A stretch of DNA of 64,000 nucleotides. Source: Alphaproteobacteria bacterium (GTDB taxonomy: Bacteria; Pseudomonadota; Alphaproteobacteria; Bin95). The stretch's first letter is position 1, and every line of letters starts with the position of its first letter. A program made the position numbers and the translations under genes. Below, piece by piece: positions 59,745-64,000 of this stretch. The notes below the pieces were generated by a model. It made no database searches. It had not been told where the DNA came from and was given only the letters and a program-made list of their open reading frames with translations. The stretch lies in NCBI GenBank assembly GCA_963665325.3, contig OZ224045.1, positions 1,632,001 to 1,696,000 of the forward strand. The letters run 5' to 3'.

Positions 59745-61283
59745 TCAGGTTCGCGAGCGACGCTCCAGCGGCGGGTTGCGCGGCTCGGGGAATCCTTCGC
59801 GGATCTTGTCGGCCAGTTCGTCCCGGACGGAGCGGTAGCCGGGGTCGTCCCAGAGGTTCACCCATTGCCGCGGGTCTTCCCGGACATCGTACAACTCGCC
59901 CTCGCCGCCATGGTAATAGTTGGTCGGCGCGTAAGTCGTGCAAAGGAACCCCGAGCGGTCGTAAATCGATCGCAGGCGTATCTCCAGGCCGGATTTCTCC
60001 GCATCCCACTGGCAAATCGCGTGCTCCCGCTCCGGTGCCGGTGCAAGCGGAAGGGCCGCGCCCTCCATCCACGACGCCCGGTCCAGCCCGGCAATCCCTG
60101 CAAATGTAGGCGCGAGGTCCACATGACCCACCGGATCGTCGATGCGCGTCCCCGCCACGTCGAGCCCGGCGCTTGCGGCCGGCAGCCAGATCAGCGGCAG
60201 CCGCATCAGGGCATCGACATGGAACGGCCCCTTGAACATCAGCCCGAAATCGCCCTGAGTGGTGCCATGATCGGTGGTGAAGAAGACGTCGGTCTCCGCG
60301 AGCCACCCGCGCGCCTCCAGCCAATCGAGAATTCGTCCCAGCGCCTCGTCGATCAACTCGTTCTGGACGTGCACCATCGCGTCGATTTCCCGAACATTGT
60401 CCGCTGTCATCGTCGACGGCACGAAATCGTCCGGGGTTTCCTCGGCGATGTCCGCCTTGCCGAGATAGAAGTCGAGCCAGTGCCTGGGCTTTTGCGACAG
60501 CAGTTCAACCGCTTTCTTGTGCGAGCCCGGATGGCCGGGCGGCAGGTCGAGATCGCGCCAGGGAACTCGGCCGAGCTCGGAGTGGGGTGGATCGAAGGGG
60601 TGATGCGGATCGGGGAAGCTTACCCAGAGGAACCAGTCGTCGCCGGCGCCGAGCGTCGCGAGCCAGTCGGTCGCCCGGTCCGCCACCCATTCGGTGTGGT
60701 AGAGTTCGCGCGGACAACCGTTGAAATGGACTTGGATCGCGTCGGTCTCCCCGCCTCGCAGATTATTGGGGCCGTTCCTGGGCCCCACCGGTGGGTAGAA
60801 CATCTCAACTTGCTCGCGATGGTTGTCCGCCATCCAGCTGCTGTAATGCGTCACGCAGCGATAGGAGTGTGCGCTGTGGACCGCGAGCGAGAGATGGTCG
60901 AAACCGCGATAGGGGCCGTGATTGTCAGCGGTCGCGGCGGTTGCCTCGAAGGCGGTGGAATCCACCATCGGCTGCCAGTGCGCCTTGCCTACCAACGCCG
61001 TTCGGTAGCCGGCCTGCCGTTTCAGCATGGCGGCGATACTTGGGTCGGCTTCGGGTAGCGAGTAGCCGTTGCGGAAGACGCCATGGGTGTTGACGTGCTG
61101 GCCGGTGACGATAGTGGAACGCGCAGGCATGCAGGTGACGTTCTGGGCGTAGGCGCGCTCATACAGCACGCCTTCCGCCGCCAGCCGATCCGCGACGGGG
61201 GTCCTCGCGATCCGCCCGCCATAGCAGCCGAGCCCGTCGAAGCGCTGCTCGTCGGTCGTCACGAAGAGTATGTTGCGTCCCAC
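59745..61283 (-). CDS. Sulfatase-family hydrolase
   Basis: [16 protein letters not shown] (CxPxR), GKxH, DPHHP, TTDHG and ELYD..EDP; GTG start with GGAGAGG RBS. Confidence 0.92.
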   Translation of the reverse strand: MGRNILFVTTDEQRFDGLGCYGGRIARTPVADRLAAEGVLYERAYAQNVTCMPARSTIVTGQHVNTHGVFRNGYSLPEADPSIAAMLKRQAGYRTALVGKAHWQPMVDSTAFEATAATADNHGPYRGFDHLSLAVHSAHSYRCVTHYSSWMADNHREQVEMFYPPVGPRNGPNNLRGGETDAIQVHFNGCPRELYHTEWVADRATDWLATLGAGDDWFLWVSFPDPHHPFDPPHSELGRVPWRDLDLPPGHPGSHKKAVELLSQKPRHWLDFYLGKADIAEETPDDFVPSTMTADNVREIDAMVHVQNELIDEALGRILDWLEARGWLAETDVFFTTDHGTTQGDFGLMFKGPFHVDALMRLPLIWLPAASAGLDVAGTRIDDPVGHVDLAPTFAGIAGLDRASWMEGAALPLAPAPEREHAICQWDAEKSGLEIRLRSIYDRSGFLCTTYAPTNYYHGGEGELYDVREDPRQWVNLWDDPGYRSVRDELADKIREGFPEPRNPPLERRSRT

Positions 61284-61314
61284 TGGATAATCCTCTCCGG
61301 GCGCACGGCCCCGC

Positions 61315-62148
61315 TCAGCGGTCGGAGCCTTGGGTTGCACCCTGCACGAAGTGCCGCTGGACGAAGTAGCTGATCGCGAACATGGGCAGCAGGATGAAGG
61401 TTCCTGTCGCCGCCATCAGCTCCCAGCGGTCGCCTTCCTCGGTATAGAACGTACTCAGCGTCACCGGCAGGGTGACCGCCTCTTTCCTGGTCAGGATGAG
61501 CGCGTAGAGAAAATCGTTCCACGAGAAGATGAAGCAGAAGATCCCGGCAACGAACACGCCCGGGATGGTGACCGGGAGCACGATGTCCCGGATGACGCGC
61601 AGTCGTGTCGCTCCGTCCGTCATTGCCGCTTCCTCCATCTCGACCGGGATGGTGTCGATGAACCCCTTCAGCATCCAGATCGCGAAGGGCAGCACGATCG
61701 ACAGATTGATCCAGACCATGCCGGTCCAGGTATCGAGCAGATGGAGCTGCCGGAACATGAGAAAGAACGGCAGCACCACGACGATGGGCGGGACGAACTG
61801 AGTGGCCAGCACACCGAGAAACAGCGTCTTCTTGAACCTCATCGCGAAGCGGGAGAAGCTGTAGGCGGCAGCCAGCGCGACGGGAACGCCGATCAGAACC
61901 GTGAAGCCCGAGATCGCGATCGAGTTCAGCAGCCGATCGCCGACATAGAAGGGCCGTTCGAATATGGTGCGGAAATTGTCGAGCGTCGGCTCGAACCAGA
62001 GCGACATCGTATAAACTTCCGAGAGCGGCTTGATCGAGGTGAGGAAAATCCAGGCGATCGGTCCCAGCAGCACCGCCAGCAGGACCGCGATCGCAATCCC
62101 ACGCAGGCAGAAGAGAATATGTCCGCGACGCCGCGGGGAGACCGCCAT
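61315..62148 (-). CDS. CUT1 carbohydrate ABC permease (MalG-like)
   Basis: EEAAMTDGA and SWNDFLYA. Confidence 0.92.
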   Translation of the reverse strand: MAVSPRRRGHILFCLRGIAIAVLLAVLLGPIAWIFLTSIKPLSEVYTMSLWFEPTLDNFRTIFERPFYVGDRLLNSIAISGFTVLIGVPVALAAAYSFSRFAMRFKKTLFLGVLATQFVPPIVVVLPFFLMFRQLHLLDTWTGMVWINLSIVLPFAIWMLKGFIDTIPVEMEEAAMTDGATRLRVIRDIVLPVTIPGVFVAGIFCFIFSWNDFLYALILTRKEAVTLPVTLSTFYTEEGDRWELMAATGTFILLPMFAISYFVQRHFVQGATQGSDR

Positions 62149-63029
62149 CACCCCGCCTCCCCCTTCGGGAACAGCAGACGGAAATAGACCGCGGACACGC
62201 CGACCAGCAGCAGCGCGAGCACGAAGGCGATCGCGGATGCATAACCCATGTCGTAGGCGGTGAACCCCATGCGGAAGGCGTAGTAGGTCATCGTGCTGGT
62301 CGACTCGCCGGGGCCGCCGCCGGTCAGAAGATAGACATAGTCGAACATCTTGAAGGAGAAGACCGTCTTGAGGACGAACGCGATGGCGAGCACCGGCATG
62401 AGCTGCGGCAGGACGACCGTCCAGAACGATGTCCAGGCCGACGCCCCATCGACCCGCGCCGCCTCGAGCGTATCGCGCGGGATCGACAGCAGCCCGCCGA
62501 TCAGCATCAGCGACAGGAACGGCCCCCAGTGCCACATGTCGGTGAGAATCAGCCAGGTCATCGCCCAGCCAGAACTTCCCAGCCAGTCTACATGGGCGAG
62601 GAACGGGAACAGCGCATCCAGGACCGCATCGAAGATCCCGAACTCGGGGTTGAGGAAGAAGCGGAACGAGGTGCCCTGGAGCGCGGGCGACATGGCGAAC
62701 GGCAGCACGAGCACGGTGCGGGCAACCGAATAGGTGCGCCCGCGGCGCGCAAGCAGGAGCGCGATCAGCAGCCCGAAAACGACGGCGCCGCCCGCCGACC
62801 CTGCGACGAAGGTAATGGTGACGCCGAGCGAGTTGAGAAAGGATGGGTCGTCGGCGAAGGCGCGCCAGAAATTGTCCAGGAAGACGAAATCGGTCGGCAC
62901 ACGGGACCGGCTCAGGCGCCAGTCCATGAAGCTGATGATGCCGGCATAGCCGAGCGGGTAGATGACGGTTGCCGTGACCAGGAGAAAGGCCGGCATCATC
63001 AACAGGTATTTCAGGTGTCGGTCACGCAT
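62148..63029 (-). CDS. CUT1 carbohydrate ABC permease (MalF-like)
   Basis: EAARVDGAS and LTGGGPG. Confidence 0.92.
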   Translation of the reverse strand: MRDRHLKYLLMMPAFLLVTATVIYPLGYAGIISFMDWRLSRSRVPTDFVFLDNFWRAFADDPSFLNSLGVTITFVAGSAGGAVVFGLLIALLLARRGRTYSVARTVLVLPFAMSPALQGTSFRFFLNPEFGIFDAVLDALFPFLAHVDWLGSSGWAMTWLILTDMWHWGPFLSLMLIGGLLSIPRDTLEAARVDGASAWTSFWTVVLPQLMPVLAIAFVLKTVFSFKMFDYVYLLTGGGPGESTSTMTYYAFRMGFTAYDMGYASAIAFVLALLLVGVSAVYFRLLFPKGEAG

Positions 63030-63069
63030 CGCGATGCGCCCGGCTCACACCTCCATCGGTCGTCGCATC

Positions 63070-64000
63070 TCAGCCGCGATCGACCAGCTTCTGCGCCTGC
63101 TCGGCGGCCGCGTCGAGCGCTTCCTTGGGATCGGCACCGTTGCTGACCGCATCCGAGATGGCGTTGGCCAGAACCTGCATGACCTCCGGCCAGACGGCCA
63201 GTTGCGGGAAGATCCGCGAACTCTCGAGGCTGCCCGCAGCGGCCATCTGCAGCCCTTGGTTCGCCGCGTTGACCTCCTCGTCCATCATGTTCTTCTTGTG
63301 CAGCGCGACGATGACGTTGCGCTTTTCCTTCTCGATGACGTTGCGCTTCTCCAGATCCGGGTTGCTGACCCATTTCAGGAACTCCCAGGCGGCTTCCTGC
63401 TTGCTGGAGTTGACGTTAATCGCTGTCGGCATCGACATCGCGAACGTCGTCGACTTGTCGCCTTTGAACGCAGGCAAAGGTGCGAAACCCACCTGCTCCG
63501 GCGTGAGCTTGGTGTTCTTGCCAAGGATGCGGGAGCCGTAATGCCACCACCAGCCCATGAAGAACGCGCTCTGCCCGGCACCCATGGACAGCGAGCCGTC
63601 ATACTGCTCGAAGGACTTGGCGCCTTCGGAGTTCACCTGCAGGTCGTTCTCCAGCGCGACATAGTATTTGAGCGCCTCGACCGCTTCCGGCGAGTTGAAG
63701 GTCACCTTGCCGTCCTTGAACAGGTCGCCGCCGTTGCTCCACAGTATGTTCATCCACACCGCGACGTTCTGGGCGGCCTTCGGCGAGTAGTACATGCCGA
63801 TGCCGATGCCTTCCTTGTCCTTGATGACCTTCGCCACCTCGGCGAGTTCATCCCATGTCTTCGGCACCGGAAGCCCGTGCTTCTCCAGCAAATCCTTGCG
63901 GTAGAACATGAGCTGGGCATGGCCGCGCAGCGGCAGGCCGTAGATCATGCCGTCATAGGTGACCCCGAGCTGGTGTGCGGGGTAGTAGCGGTCGAGCGTG
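63070..64000 (-). CDS. CUT1 substrate-binding protein, partial (start beyond right edge)
   Basis: YGLP...FYRKDL...PKTWDEL and AAWEFLKW; the frame stays open to 64000. Confidence 0.9.
   Translation of the reverse strand, partial: TLDRYYPAHQLGVTYDGMIYGLPLRGHAQLMFYRKDLLEKHGLPVPKTWDELAEVAKVIKDKEGIGIGMYYSPKAAQNVAVWMNILWSNGGDLFKDGKVTFNSPEAVEALKYYVALENDLQVNSEGAKSFEQYDGSLSMGAGQSAFFMGWWWHYGSRILGKNTKLTPEQVGFAPLPAFKGDKSTTFAMSMPTAINVNSSKQEAAWEFLKWVSNPDLEKRNVIEKEKRNVIVALHKKNMMDEEVNAANQGLQMAAAGSLESSRIFPQLAVWPEVMQVLANAISDAVSNGADPKEALDAAAEQAQKLVDRG

Noticed and set aside
58986-61058. 690-aa ORF as a full-length transposase
   Set aside because: Only 59094-59548 is IS481-like; the rest is read-through across an IS21 end and antisense to the sulfatase.

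Overview
GC-rich bacterial window, probably an alphaproteobacterium, in which catabolic/transport operons alternate with many intact and decayed insertion sequences. Left to right: an IS21 (5'-truncated istA, istB, right end) that carries a second inserted element and itself splits a large RecQ/UvrD-type helicase; RidA and SDR genes; a LysR-controlled TTT transporter / aminotransferase / hydantoinase-oxoprolinase / TPP-enzyme operon; small genes with a two-domain cold-shock protein and a secreted EEP nuclease; a defence island at 21.3-27.1 kb; a divergent urease-like cluster with two amidases and an amide/urea-type ABC transporter; PhzF; amidase with Opp/Dpp ABC transporter; M20 peptidase; an intact IS630; tandem tyrosine recombinases abutting a truncated fibronectin-III repeat protein; IS481/IS21 remnants; sulfatase with a CUT1 ABC transporter. 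The best candidate for an undescribed system is an AT-rich, translationally coupled gene pair (21368-22401): a stand-alone diadenylate-cyclase-fold protein with altered catalytic motifs plus a Cap15/S-2TM-beta membrane effector. It lies next to a CapH/CapP-type regulated, E2-only CBASS (CD-NTase, E2, CapV) whose fourth gene, an HD hydrolase, has an internal amber codon. The second highlight is a urease alpha subunit with intact Ni ligands but a remodelled substrate pocket and flap. No rRNA, tRNA or CRISPR array was recognised. All family assignments come from motif recognition by eye, not database searches.
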